The position numbers and the translations under genes were made by a program. Below the pieces are notes generated by a model. It ran no database searches, was not told where the DNA came from, and saw only the letters and a list, made by a program, of their open reading frames with translations. Source: Basidiobolus meristosporus CBS 931.73 (Eukaryota > Fungi > Basidiobolomycota). From it: a stretch of DNA of 57,288 nt. The stretch spans positions 1 through 57,288 of the forward strand of contig MCFE01000566.1 of assembly GCA_002104905.1 (NCBI GenBank). The letters run 5' to 3'. Numbering within the stretch: position 1 is the stretch's first letter; each line of letters begins with the position of its first letter. Below, piece after piece: positions 24,894 to 40,034 of the stretch.

Positions 24894-26106
24894 TTATTTG
24901 GCCATACTGTTTACACGGTTTTGCAGGTCAGTAACCTTATCCTCAATGATCCCCAGCCTGATGTTTAGATTCTCCTCGATTTGTGCAAGTCTGGCCTCCA
25001 TTCTCTCAAACAGCGCAACTTCAATCTCATGCTGCCATGCTGGGTTGGAATGGTCGGGCGCCGAGTGCCTCTGGACTGGCTTGTGTGTTCCAGGTGTGAT
25101 TAGATCCGTAGTTGGCACGTCGTTTAGAGTAGCACGATGCTCACCAGTGCCTGTAGCTGTACACGGTGACTGTTGAGTATCTGTCTTACCATCGCTGCCA
25201 GCCTCATTCAGACTGTGAAGAAATTGGTGGAATGCTGGGCTGGCCGAACTCCCACCGTTCATGAGTGCCTTGAGTGTATTCGTATCAATCTATTGGTGAT
25301 TTAGTTAGTACCCTCCTGTAGTACCATATGGATGGATGTCTATACCTTGGGAGCGGCAGCCTGGGCAGAAGTGTCTGGGGATGTGGTATTCAAAGAGCTG
25401 ATCATACTCCTCAGTGAGGAAAGGTCAAACGCCTCGGGCTGTATAAAAAGCTACCTTGTTGGCAATGGGAATCTACACCAGACCACTGTATCTACAACAA
25501 TACCTGGTTCTTTCGGGGCTGCTGTATCTCTAGTTCACGGCCTTTCACTAGGAATCTGGCTAGGTGTAGACAGGTTTTGCTATCTTTCGGTAACGAAAGG
25601 AACTAATCCAACTATGTGAGCTTCAGCTCAAGACATTCAACCACTGCGTTGAGCTACCTTTAACCGCAACAACTGGCAATGTTTCGGGACTTTCAGTTGG
25701 GTTTTCATCTGGTAATATTGGCTGAAAGTTCGTGAGTAGCGAGCCAGCTTATCACGAAGGTTTGGCATATTACCAACTATCTTTGCCCGAAAGATCTATT
25801 TCAATAGGTGTTCCTCGTAAAGTATGAGAGTATTCATCATCGATGTAGATTTCTATATTTCGAGCGTTCGTTATTAAGCTAAGCCCTTGATATTGAAGTG
25901 GCCCAGAAATGTCAAACAGTGGTGACGAGGTGTCTGCCTCAGGAGCAAATCTAATAACATCGCCGGTCTCTATCGCAGAAGTATTTTCTGCAACTAACGG
26001 TTAGACACGAGGCGAACGGGAAGATGGAGGAATCGTCTTTACCGGTGAGTTGAAAATACTCCGTTAACTCTGCCGTGGTTTTCCAAGAAGTAACGCAGTG
26101 CACCAT
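24894..26106 (-). CDS. PAAT / C10orf88 (DUF4506)-like protein, about 6 exons
   Basis: Spliced reading: MVHCVTSWKTTAELTEYFQLT..., QGLSLITNARNIEIYIDDEYSHTLRG, QYYQMKTQLKVPKHCQLLRLK|FLSLPKDSKTCLHLARFLV, AFDLSSLRSMI, then a C-terminal coiled coil. This parallels my recollection of human PAAT motifs (SSW; SSARNMEVY...EY..T.RG; KLLSF; IDLDKV). Confidence 0.6.
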
Positions 26107-26285
26107 CTATACGATAACCAAACCGCTAAACCACCTAATCACTTTGCCACCTAGGATTTGATGTGGTTGGAAAATTTGATTTGAATCATCATTTCATCAC
26201 ATCAAGACTTGCACCGAAATGAAAACAATCGAAAAAGCAGTCGGATGTTGTGTGTTCTTCACTGTGGTGAAATAGCCGCCTTGTT

Positions 26286-27704
26286 ATGACATTTCCACCA
26301 CCACAAGTATGGGGACTTAATCCGCTCTTTCACACCACTCCTCATCTGTGTGTGAGTGATGTGCTTACCGCACTTCCCCATCCGGACTTTCCTGGTTTGT
26401 AGCAACTTGGTGGAATTTCTACTTTTTGCTCTGATATTAACTTGCCCCCCCTCTTGTCTTTGCTTGGAGGGTGGTATCTGTAGATGTTCATTTCTATCTC
26501 AACCACCCCTTACGTCATGTAGAGATAGTGGGGATAATTGTTGAAGCTGATGCCACAACCAATTACATAAACTATAGCAGTGAGTAAAAGTATTCAAAAC
26601 ATCAGGTGGCACGGAGACTGAGCTTGTGTATGTGTAGTTGACGATGGTACTGGCGTGATAGCATGCATTCAATGGCTTCCGGCGGCTGAAAGACTAGTGC
26701 CCTATAGGGAGACGAAGGAGTTGGGCTCTTTGGTTAGGGTGTCGGGAAAGATAGGCGAGTTCCGGGAAAGGCGACAGATAACGATTCGAGAGCTAGGTAC
26801 GCATTGATTTTTGGTGCAAAGTTCCCTTACGCCTCAGCGGCCCAGGCTAATAACTTCTTGAAGCCATTGAGGAGGATGTGAACTTCGAAACTCAGCGCTG
26901 GGTAGAGATAATTCAGCTAAAGCTGAAGTTCTACGATGTCCCGTTTGTCTATCCCAAGGGCCTTGTTGAGGAGTTCTTTCCAACGCACGACATCGATTCC
27001 AACGTCATCAAAGAAGAGAGAAAGCCGGTACCGTGGCTCTATGTTCTCAAGCTTGTTGCAAAATCCATAATAATCCGCCACCACCGTAGGCAACCGTAGC
27101 GTCCGGCGAACTAAGCGAAGCGACCTTTCGCCGGTCAATGAAGGAATACATCGAGAGGAAGCGATTTACCAGCTTTCATTATGGGGATATCCGAGCCGCG
27201 GACGAACTTGTCAAGATCGCTAGACAAGTGCTACTACAACAAGTAACGTCATAAACACACCCGTCTTTCCCATAGAAACATCTGGACTGATCCCTGCTTA
27301 TGCAAGCATCAATGCACTGACCCAGCACCAACCCAAGTCTCGTCGTTGTTCTCGCGAGGCATCAAGAAACTTGTGAAGGACGGTCTACTCTACGTGAAAG
27401 ACGCTGATGCAGACGTGTACGAAGTCATTCACCACGAAGTCAATCTCGGGAGGGAGGTTCTTCATCTAATCCAACACGAGACCAGGAAGCATCAAGGTAC
27501 ATGAGCCTGTTTGCTCTGGTGGATGTAAGCTATGCTGACCAATTCTCCGCAGAAAACGTCCATGAATCAACCATCATTACGAAGATACGGTCGATCAAAG
27601 CCTTTCAAAATGTCCCCAGAGAAGTGCTGTTGGATTCCCTGAAGAGGCTCGTGGATTCTGGCGATTTGTTTCAACCGGAAAATCGAGAGTATAAATTGGT
27701 GTAA
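26286..27704 (+). CDS. STN1: CST complex subunit STN1 (OB fold plus winged helices), multi-exon
   Basis: Exons: VWGLNPLFH; FYLNHPLRHVEIVGIIV; DDGTGVIACIQW; LGSLVRVSGKIGEFRERRQIT; DVNFETQRWVEIIQLKLKFYDVPF; C-terminal winged helix LKRLVDSGDLFQPENREYKLV. Confidence 0.8.
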
Positions 27705-28088
27705 GCCACCGGCACACTCCACCTCAGCCATCGAAATCGGCTCTAGCCTGAGATATCCAACCTCACCAAACCAAGACGAACACGCATGTTACTACAGATT
27801 TACTGAGAAAATTGAATCATCTTAATACATGAGCTCAACTCAATACATCGCGCCAGTTCATCCTTCACACCAATCTAATGAGTGTTCTATCTCTTGCCGG
27901 GCCCTGCATTGAATGTGTCATGCGTTATCTTTGTTGAATGTTTATAGTTTACATCACATTAGGTTAATATCTGCTGCCCTCAACCGCATCTCGTTGGAGA
28001 TTACTCGCAGATGGTGGTACGATCATGATGAGATAGATATGATCGGATAGGGCCCGAAAAAGCGCGAGATGCACGGCAGAGCTCGGGC

Positions 28089-29833
28089 TCAGGCGGGCGG
28101 ATTGATGCGTCGATGCTCCTCCCTAGCTTTGGCAATTATTCGGTGGGTGGATCGGCGTTCATACAGTGGCTTGACAATACTGACGATGAACACATCGTCG
28201 TTTGCCACTGGGATTTTGCGGTTTAGAAAACTCATGATCTCCTCAAATCCCATCCTGAGTAAGGTGCCTGGTGGAGCGGCTTGAGATACAATCTTCTCAC
28301 ATACGCGAATCTGTCTACGCTACCTTCATGGTACTTCAATAATGCAACCGACACACAGATCAGCATGTCTAGGCCATGCAAGAGAAAGATATCCCATATC
28401 CTAAGTGCTGTCTGATGGGGCACGACACCCGCTGAGAAGAGGGTGAGATACCACCGCGCAGCAAAGAAGCTCAGCTGGATGTCTAGCTTGTTCTACACAG
28501 AAATGTTGGCCAGGTTAGAGATCGCTGCAATTACAACGGGCGTGCAGTACTGCATACCAAATGTTTCAAAAGCTTGGTGGTATGTTTCTTCATGAGTTTG
28601 GCTTGAACATGAAAGGTCTCCATTAGCTTGGGGAATCCTGGAAGGAACATCTCTCGCAAGGAATAATACTGGAATAGGCAAACAAAGGCAACAAAGGATT
28701 TCTGCGATAGATGCGACTTAAGAATGAGGATCGATCTGCATGGCTAGGCTTGAATGCTTACTTTCTCGGATATATATGCAAGTAAAGTGGAGGCCAGGCT
28801 GGCCATTCCTTGGCAGTAGCCAACCTCAGGGTCGTAGTTGGAGAACGAGGTCAAGACAGAGAACAGCATTTTCTGTCTATTGGAAATTCATGTCAATCGA
28901 TGGTTAAGGCCCAGAAAAGAGGTTGCTTAATACACTACCCAAGACCATATCGCTGCTTAAACATGATGTTGTCTTGTAAAGTGCGTGGAATGTCCAAATC
29001 GATCTGCGTTTCGTCTCGGGATTCTAGACCAGCTAGTGCCTGTGTTGTTTGTGTAGCAAAGATCAGCCTCAATACGCAAGACAAAGTGCAATCGCATGAC
29101 AGTACTTCATATTCGGCAATCAGCCTTTTCTCAATTTCCAAATCGAGCTTTCGGGTGGATAAGAAGTACCTGGGCATCAAGGCTTGGTGAGTTCACAAAG
29201 AACAGGAGTGCAGCTGCCAGTTTGCACAAGGTAAATGAGCTTACCAGTACTCTCCACGCCAACAATCAGGCACCCCTTTGTAGGTTCTTCTGACTAGCTA
29301 TTGGTCGGTCAGGTGACGAATGGATTGGGGATATTAGAAGTGGGCACGCACCTTTCTACTCTCTTTAAACGAATATAGGCGAAGGTTAGAAGCACCTATG
29401 GATTTGCTCAAAACCATTCCTTTCCATTTAAGCGCTCGACTCGCTTCTTTATCTAAGCAGCTGCATGGGTGTGTTAGTATGCAAGCTGGAAGAGACTGCA
29501 AAGCCAGGCGCCCTACCTGGTGTCAGGCACGGCCCGGTCGTCAGTTAGAAAACCGTATCTGTCAACTTGGCCTGCAAGTTTTTCCAAATCGAGGACACCT
29601 TCTGATAGACAAGTAGAGCCCGATTCATAAGATTTGCGGATCTCGGAATAGGAGACTGAGTAACTTGAGAGATTCCGTCGTTTAACAACATACTCCTCCT
29701 GGACATCTTCTGCAGAATCGTGCGAGTCTGAGCCATTGGTTGAAACCTCATCGACTTCGACTCTTGGCACTATAGGTATTTCTTTCAAGTCGAGGTCGAA
29801 ACGCAGAATGTCGGGCTCAGCTAGTTCAGTCAT
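28089..29833 (-). CDS. TBC-domain Rab GTPase-activating protein, multi-exon
   Basis: VDRYGFL motif; QIDLDIPRT (arginine finger); RIWDIFLLHGLDMLICVSVALLK; last exon MGFEEIMSFL...INPPA*. Confidence 0.85.
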
Positions 29834-31146
29834 GTCCTATGTCCTCAGTGTTGGTATCTAACAGGATGTGGTTCTGAAAACTAAGGGGCCAAGGCTACAG
29901 CAAATGTCAAAGGAGTGGGGGTTATGTCTGCTGGTAGTAAACCGTGGCAGCCAAGGGAAGTTAGTAATCAATTGAAAGTAGGTGATAACAGTAACTTCAG
30001 AAACGAGTTCAGGTTTTAATTTTCCATCATGTCTCAACAGTGACCATCTCGAAACTATGTTAGAAGGTTAGATTGACCTGATGGGCCAATCAAAGAAGCC
30101 TACTTTGAATAATATATTGATATTCACACAATTTCAACTTCAAACTAATAGCATAGGTGCTGACAATACTAGCAAGCTCATGATCCATGCAAAACTCGCT
30201 TTAGGCATGGACTTTGTCAGATTGGTCCAATTTATCCTGTGTGACTGCATAGAGTGGCTTCTTCAATCCTCCATCATTCGCACGAGTATCATACGAAATG
30301 CAGAGCACCCAACCTGCAACGAATTGATTTATGCATTGGAGAACTCCGCACTCCCAAAGTCTCGTCCTAAACCTGGGGGTGAGGATAGCACCACCCTTAC
30401 TGGCGAATGCTTCGCTAGATCAAGTGCTTAGCACAGAGACAGGAAGACTGAGGCTTTTGCCTATTCCTCAAATCAGAAACCGCAGGAAGCCATCTGTGCG
30501 ACCATGATTATGACCTTGATAAGATGTGCCATGCTAGACTAATGATCAAATCACCTTACTCTACGCCATCCACGATCAACGATAATTCGCCGTCTCATTC
30601 TCTCCACCACAGGCCAGATCAGGGGATATCCATATTTGGCCATATTGTGCTACCGCCAACTGGACCGATTTGACTGTGGATTAAATTCGAGCAACTTGGA
30701 TGCCACAGGAATTTAACAACGCCACGCATCCCACTCATTTCATTTGCTTGCTGCCTACAGCCTGATACCCTCAGGTTACACGAGAGCCAACTCTAACTTG
30801 ACTTGATTAAAACTGTTTGCTCAGGCCCTTCAGCATGGACTTCTTGCTGAGGGGAAGCAAAGCTCAAAGGCGATATGACCACTTAGAACATTGCATGATA
30901 AACAGCCCCAATAGTCAATCGACATCACTCGAGGTTTCATCACAGCCTTCCGAGTAAGGAGACTGGGGTTGGATTCAGGGTTATCACTCTGATGTACTCG
31001 TCAAGCACAAGACCACATCACATACATACAATGTTTGTTGTCCGTCCCTGGTGTGAGAGAACATGGTATGCTTGGCATGGTGGCTGTTAGCCGGTCAGTC
31101 GCTAGCCAGCACAATGTCGATTGGTGTATAGTCTTTATCCATGTGG

Positions 31147-32242
31147 TTAGGCTGACATGTTCATTGAGATTTTGCTATGAGGCGAATAGTTCTTCAATAT
31201 GAAGTCTTCAAAGCGGAAATCCTCAATTGATTTGACCGACGGATTGAGCTGTAATGACGGGAATGGTCTAGGCGTACGTTTCACTTGTATGGCCAGGGCG
31301 TCAATATGGTCCTCGTATACATGAGCATCGCCCATGCAGTGAATGAGGCTTCCTGGTTGAAGACCTGTAACATGAGCAACCATGTATGTCAAAAGAGCGT
31401 AACTTGCGATATTAAATGGGACCCCAAGTCCCATGTCACACGATCTCTGATACATTTGACATGAAAGGTATGGCACTGGATCCTGAGGCGTAGCTGTGGA
31501 TACATAGAATTGGCAGAACATGTGGCAAGGCGGGAGAGACATCTTTGGAATATCTAGATTGGCATTGGTTACTAGACTGCCCAGAAAAACGTGCAATGTC
31601 AAATGAAAGAATACCAGAGGGATTCCACGCGGTTAAGATAATCCGCCGGTCAGTAGGATCACGCTTTATGCGGCTAATGACTTGAGAGAGCTGGTCAATT
31701 CCTTGGCCGCCGTACTCAGCTTGCCAATTAGTGTACGTAGCACCGAAATGACGCCACTGAAACCCGTAAATTGGTCCTAAATCACCTTCTTCTCTATCTT
31801 CTAGGCCTAATCTATCCAGGTACTCTCTAGAACCATTTTTTTCCCAGATGTTTACTCCTTTTTCTGAGAGCTCCTTGGAGTTGGTTCCCCCACGAATGAA
31901 CCATAGTAATTCTTCAACCACTCCACGAAAAAATACCCGCTTGGTTGTTACCAAAGGGAACAGTCCGTTTTTCAGAGAGAAGCGCAGTTGAGGAGGAGCA
32001 AATACCGAGAGAGTCCCGGTCCCCGTTCTATCCACACGATGCTCCCCGTTGAGTAAGATATGCTTGATAAGATTCAAATACTGATATTCCTCATGCCGGT
32101 CAGCAACAATCTCGGTGGTAAATTTCCTGGCACTGAGTTGTGGTGTTTTACCGGTGAAAGGGGGGGATGGGCAGAAGGTGGGGTACAGCCTTGAAGCTGG
32201 GAGAGAAAATTGTTTGCGAGACAGTGCTGAAATTGACCGCAT
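31147..32242 (-). CDS. CDC21: Thymidylate synthase with an N-terminal extension, 2 exons (intron 31554-31614)
   Basis: [64 protein letters not shown]|[11 protein letters not shown] (catalytic Cys), [24 protein letters not shown]. Confidence 0.97.
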
Positions 32243-33642
32243 TTTGAGAGAAAGAAACCAGCGAGTGCAAACCAGTTTCGTATTTGAATTTGAGTGTGGC
32301 CAAGCTAACCAATACCTATGCTGATGAAAATCATCTGCATTCTCCAGGCCCCTCTTTCGCCATAGTTTTGCCGTGCATTTGCCCATAGCAAAAGCATACC
32401 TGTTGGTAAACCGTTATCTACAATCTGTGTACGATGCGCAATCGTAGGTTGGTAAGCCATCTCGGTTCCCCACGGATGATATAGATATATGGATCCGCCT
32501 CATTAATCAACTATGATGAAAAGTCATGACATTGGGAGAAATAAAGATGTGTGTCTTGCCAAATCCCCCTCATCTGCTACACAGTATAAGCCGGTAGAAG
32601 TATGAAAATCCGGGGTGAGTGAAATAAAGCAACATGCTCAGGGTCAACCAATAGTAATAAGGATAGCCATTGTGCCCACGGCTTGTCCAAGTCTTAAGAC
32701 ATCTGCCTGTTGTCTTAATCGCCATATGGGCTCTTCAAGAATGTGGATAGGCGAGCGGGCGACGCAATCTGCGATATAGAGAGTGCCTATTTGCATGACC
32801 CAGCAGCTGGCTGGATAGCACAGGGCAAACATCTGCAATGTCATACCTATTTTGATACGCATCGGTTGCAGTAACCTCAATAAGCCAAAGCCACCAAGCT
32901 GGTCATAATAATATGTTGATATCGCAATCAAGGAAATCATTTCTTCCGTAGGGGAGTAGTCCGCAGTAAACCGTGATTGCCTTAACTTGCTGATCAGTTT
33001 TGCATGTAGGTCCACTTCGAGAACTTCGATCAATTCTCCAAATCTACCCTCCACCGGCCAGTTAAGGCCTGGGACCAACATCTGCAATGCCGATTCAATC
33101 AATCGATCAATGATCAGCCATTACCCATACCAGTAAGACAAATTGTAATGATCGCTACAGGGTTCACAAGCGATTACTCATCATCATATGCAATTATCTA
33201 TGCTTCAAATGCTCGTGCAGACCCAAACGGTGTTGACATATGACCATGCAAATCAATGTGCTCATTTGATTGCGTTGTCCCCATCTATATATCCATGAAA
33301 GCACATGATCATGGCCCATTATTTCCCACGCTGATGAGAACTGCTCCCCAGTTGGTTTCTATCCATATCTGTCGGTTGATATGGGCTATCAGTAATTTTC
33401 AACATATATTTAATCATTTTCTGAAGCTTAGGTAGGCTTCGAAAGTTTGGGGCGGATAAGGGTGGGTAGTAAAATATCTAACAAACCAGAAAGAAAGAAT
33501 CACGAATCCGGCGAACGTTCAGAAATGAATGGAAAAGAACGTAAAGATGGATATCATAGTACTAATAGATTTTGAATGCCAAATATGATGATGCCATAAA
33601 AAACATACTGAGATGCAATGGTGATTTTCTATGATGCTTTGG

Positions 33643-35424
<1,782 letters not shown>

Positions 35425-37043
35425 AGCGTTTAGGAGAATAGAAAAATAGGAAACGAATTGTCACCAGCTTGAGAAGAGCTTAGATATGAAAAGAGGCTAA
35501 AGAGTATAAGAGCTGCAGTAAGCGAATAAAAGAAGTAATGGATGCGCCAGCAATAGACTGAACACTACGGTTGGAGTTTTAAGCAAAATCTTCAAAAAGC
35601 TCTTACAATTTTCACCACTCATTTGCTATCCATCTCCGATAAATGGACGATGAGAGGACACGAGAGTAGACTACCCAAAAATAGAAACTCGAGTGGAAGC
35701 TTTTGTTTGTGTTGCCAGAAACCACCAATTACATTCTATGCTGGTCAATCAATGGTCGTAGAGCAGTTAATTGCAATTAACTACGGATTTGTCAGCTCCA
35801 ATACCCCCGTTATGGTACGAATAGGTGGTAACAAACCTCTTATCAATGGGATGGCTGTATGACATACAAGGCTGATCATGAGAGAAATCCATGCATCATC
35901 CATGCAGAACGATGTTTACCCAGTTGGCATATGATACCAGCGGGGTTGACCATTGATTAATGCAAGTTCAACCACTCGCCCGCAAGGTGATTATATGTGG
36001 GCAGACGAGCAATCGGGGAGCTGCGGATAGATATATTTTCCGGCCGTAACAAGCAATCTAGGGGTGGAATGTGTGAAGTTATGCAGAATATCGAGCTTAA
36101 TCTGAATATGCCTTGCAAGCTGAGGATCCATGTGCTTGCTGGCCATAAGCGGCACTGAATGCAAACGAATGATCGAGAAGAACCACGATTTGGATGCTCA
36201 ACCTCTATTTAGTACATGTGATCACTCAACTGTGTGCAAAAGATCCGATTTTTTAAGCAGTATCGGTCGGAAGCAGGTGGACGTAGACATGCTCGCCTGG
36301 AATTCGTACAAGGCTATTAGAAGAGGATCTTGAAAGAACCTCAGCACTTTTTACTTGTCTCGAGTGGCAACTAGATGTTGGCAAGTCAGGCTCTAGTCGC
36401 TGGAAGGCACAATAATGCGCCCATTCTTTCTTGGATGGTATGGGCAACATTGGTTGCAGATGAAATCGTTTCCATTTCCGAGACAAAAGCGAGGATTGGT
36501 TTTCATTCAAGGAATCCCGCTCCCTGTTGTTCAAATTTCCCCAGTTATTACTGTTCCTCAGTGACATAGATTAGTGTACTACGGCACGGCCGAACTAGCT
36601 AATCTTGCATTCGTCCCTGTCCAGAGGAAATTGCCGCCAATATGGTTAGTACGCAGTAATGTATTCTGATTTTATGTTAACAAAGGCCAAACCATTCGAG
36701 TCTCGGAGAGATCACATCTGACTGGCATACTCACTACCTTGATCGCAACGAAGTCGTGAAGTTGTTGCTCTGCACTCCGAACCGGGCTTAGAGACAGTCA
36801 CAAGGAACGTATCCTTGCCATGTTTAACTGGTGAGTGGAGTGTTGTTGAGGAGCAAATACCAATGTGGAACTTGAAATAATTAACCATCCATGTGATTGG
36901 ATGGTAGGAGGGGCTCTAATTTGTTTTTAGTTGGAAGAATTCTATAGGCATAAATTGGCACTCCGAAGAACGGCAATACTGAGCCACCAAGCACTTGGTT
37001 ACTTCCTTACTAACTTCATTGAAACCAAGCCTGAGCAGTTAAT

Positions 37044-38768
37044 ATGGAAGGTGGAAGACAGTCCAAGGCCTCTTATATTTATCCAACACTAAAGCCTTCC
37101 GAGATATTGATTTGCATGAGGGACTTGCAGATCCCTTTTGCCGAGGAAGACTTGACCAAACCAACCGCGCTTCGATTGGCTCTTGTGTATGAGGCATTCG
37201 TAGACATCTTCATGGGGATACCTAAAGAGCAATTTGAACAGCCACCTGAGGGGGTACTGGACATGTTGGAACATCCAGAAATCCACATGTCGGCCCTGAC
37301 GCAAATGTCATTCTTCTCCAAACTGTACATATCTCACTAGTTCACGTACCCCCTTTTCAACTATTGACTAGCCTCATTTCTTCCATTTGTCTAGCAACAA
37401 GTTGATGATTGAGATTGGCGTGGACGATTTCAACTTGCGTGATTTGTTGAAACCAGAGCCAACTCATGTTCGACGTATTCTAAGCGCTCTCATTAACTTT
37501 GCCAAGTTCAGGGAGGAAAGAATGGCTATGTATGAGCAGTATGCACAAAAAACGGTAAGCCACCGTTCAAAGGAGCTTTCCATACTACCAACGGTTCTCT
37601 TTCTAAAAGCATCCTTTCTATAGGAAGAGTACAACGAGGAAAAGAACCAGCTTGAACATCATTATCAGGAGCTTGCAGAAAAAGTAAACAACATAAAGTC
37701 AGTATTCGTAGAGTTGCTTACCCAGCAATCCCATCATGACCCTTATGTTTGCTAGACTTCAGCGAGCCGAAGAGGAGCCCGCCATCAAAAAACTTAACGG
37801 TGCCAATTCCGATTGGACTCGTGGACTAAAAGAGCTTAAAAGGCAGCAGATTGCTCTGTCTTCGGAAATCGAGAATCTGAAAAAGAAGCGGGATGAGCTC
37901 AATGATTCTTTGGTAGGATGATGTCAACCCGCCAAGCATGGGATGCCACTTCTAATCCCCTCTTCTTAGACAAATGTTCAGTTCTTGGTCATGAATTGTA
38001 AGCAGGATAGCGAGAAGGTCCGCTCACTGATCGTACATAGTCCAGAAAAACTGGTGCAACAATTAGAGGAGCTAAGCAACACTTTGTCCGCCACCAAAAA
38101 CAACATTGCTACTAGCGAAAAAAGAGTCAGAGAGATGCAATCCAAGATCGATATGATGTTCTTTGTTGAGCAGGTAGTTTCTGTTTATTCATTTTGCTGA
38201 GATACACCGAGTAATCTGGCATGGTTATCAGGATGTTCTAGCCTCAATCAAGCTGTTGGAGGAATGCGAGGTGGAGATGAACAAGTATGATCAGGCGTTA
38301 CAACAGGTGGATATTGAAAAGGAAGAAATCGAGAAAAAAGAGGCGGAGTTGCGAGACTTGACCATCAAGGAACAGGCATGTTTGTTCATGAGCATCTGCA
38401 TGTCAAGACAGACAATAACATTGAGTGGAATTGTTTAGCAACTAAATCGCCAATTGGCAGCATCCCAGGAAAAAATCAACCGCCTGCAAAAGCACCAGTC
38501 TATCAAACGAGGCTCGATCGAGAACAAGTTGAAGTCACTCCGTGAGGAATACGATGTCATTTCCAACGAACGCACCACTGTCCAAGCCAAGATCGATGAT
38601 TACAGAAGAATTGCTGATGAAATGGAGGCGAAGACAGTTGAATTACGGAGAAGCATGGAGGTGGAGATGTCCCTGATTCAGGCTGAATATACCAAGTTAA
38701 CTGGCCAGGTGGAGTATTATCAAAATCAGTTGATACAGGCAATCACCAAGAGACCTTACGCACCATAG
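37044..38768 (+). CDS. NUF2: Kinetochore NDC80-complex subunit Nuf2, multi-exon
   Basis: YPTLKPSEILICMRDLQIPFAEEDLTKPT; DFNLRDLLKPEPTHVRRILSALINFAKFREER; IVHSPEKL; long C-terminal coiled coil. Confidence 0.92.
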
Positions 38769-38927
38769 CTTAGGCGTTGTTCAATGCTATTTAGCTTTCT
38801 TATCGTATACCAACATCATACCTTGCTGATCCTGTTCATTATTCTCCTTAATATATACATATTCAAGTCCATACGTCACATCCTAAAAATAGTGCACCCG
38901 CTTGAAGATTCAAGTAGCCTTCCATAC

Positions 38928-40034
38928 TCAACTGGCCACACTGCAAGTTGTTGGAGAAGGGTGGTGATTTTTGATGTTTATGTGAATTCGCCTCCAGAAG
39001 CCTTCCATGAACATAGTGTAGATGGTGCATGGCTGATAGAAGTTGCTACGAGCGGATTCCTGGGTGCCCCAAGAAAAACTAAACAAACCATACAGTTGGT
39101 GTATCCAATTGATCAGGAGGTTTTCAAAAGTATGTTTGAAGTTCTCCAGCCACTGGGGCATTTTGATGGAGGTGCCTATAATAAACAACCGGTCGATACG
39201 GTCCTCACTCCAGCATTAACGAAGTTACATTGAGTATTTCTAGTCCGTCAAGGAATGGTACGCTATTCGGCAGAAACTAAACAGGCTCCAAACTCTAGTA
39301 TCTTGGAATATCGTTTGTTGGCCGAGAATGGGCCCGTGGGATGCTGCTTTTCTTAATATCTAGTTAAACCAGGCTGCATTATACTGAAGCCTAACACAGC
39401 TTCGGCTCTTTTATATACGAGTATTGAAGGCAAGCTATATCGAATCCAATCTAAACAGAACATAAAACAGAGTATGGCGCTCTCAATGAAATATACGTTG
39501 GTTTAATACAAGAGTTGTTCTACTAGTGAACATGAATAGTGAATATACGAATAATAGGCATCAATCATAAGCTGAAGTGATTGCAGGATCCTCGCTAAGA
39601 GAGAAAGGAAAGTCGATTAGCTTCTTGAAGCTCTGGATCCCAGAAAAAATCGCTTGGACTTACCGAATAGATACACGAACATCGTACTTCGAGGCCGGGA
39701 TAGACTTTGGGGTTTTCAAAGTAAGAGGGTTGAATAAGCTTTCTGAGGTTCTGTTCGCGAGTGAGGGTGGGATCGATTGCTGCTGTTGTTGCTCTATCTT
39801 ACTTTCGAAGCCTGGTCGACGCAAGCTATGTTTGGCTGGGTTTTTGTCGAAGATGTCAAGATTGCGGAACGGATCAGCGGTGGATCTAGGAGGCATAGCA
39901 TATGGAAAGATCCAAGCTGATGAATGTATCTGCTTTGGTGGGCGAGTGAAGAAATCCATGGTGTTGGCTGCTGGGGGGACGCATTTGGAGGTGGAATATA
40001 GGTATTCACCTTCAGCTTGACTGTAGCGATTCAT
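38928..40034 (-). CDS. Hypothetical spliced gene
   Basis: 124-codon ATG ORF (39660-40034, Pro/Ser/Gln-rich) ending at a CG|gtaagt donor, plus a downstream ORF 38928-39188. I could not join the exons convincingly. Confidence 0.3.

Noticed and set aside
35623-36570. Short ORFs between MDM38 and NUF2 (and at 30081-30431, 11909-12139 and 16941-17159)
   Set aside because: 60-116 codons, no motifs and no consistent exon chain; within chance expectation.
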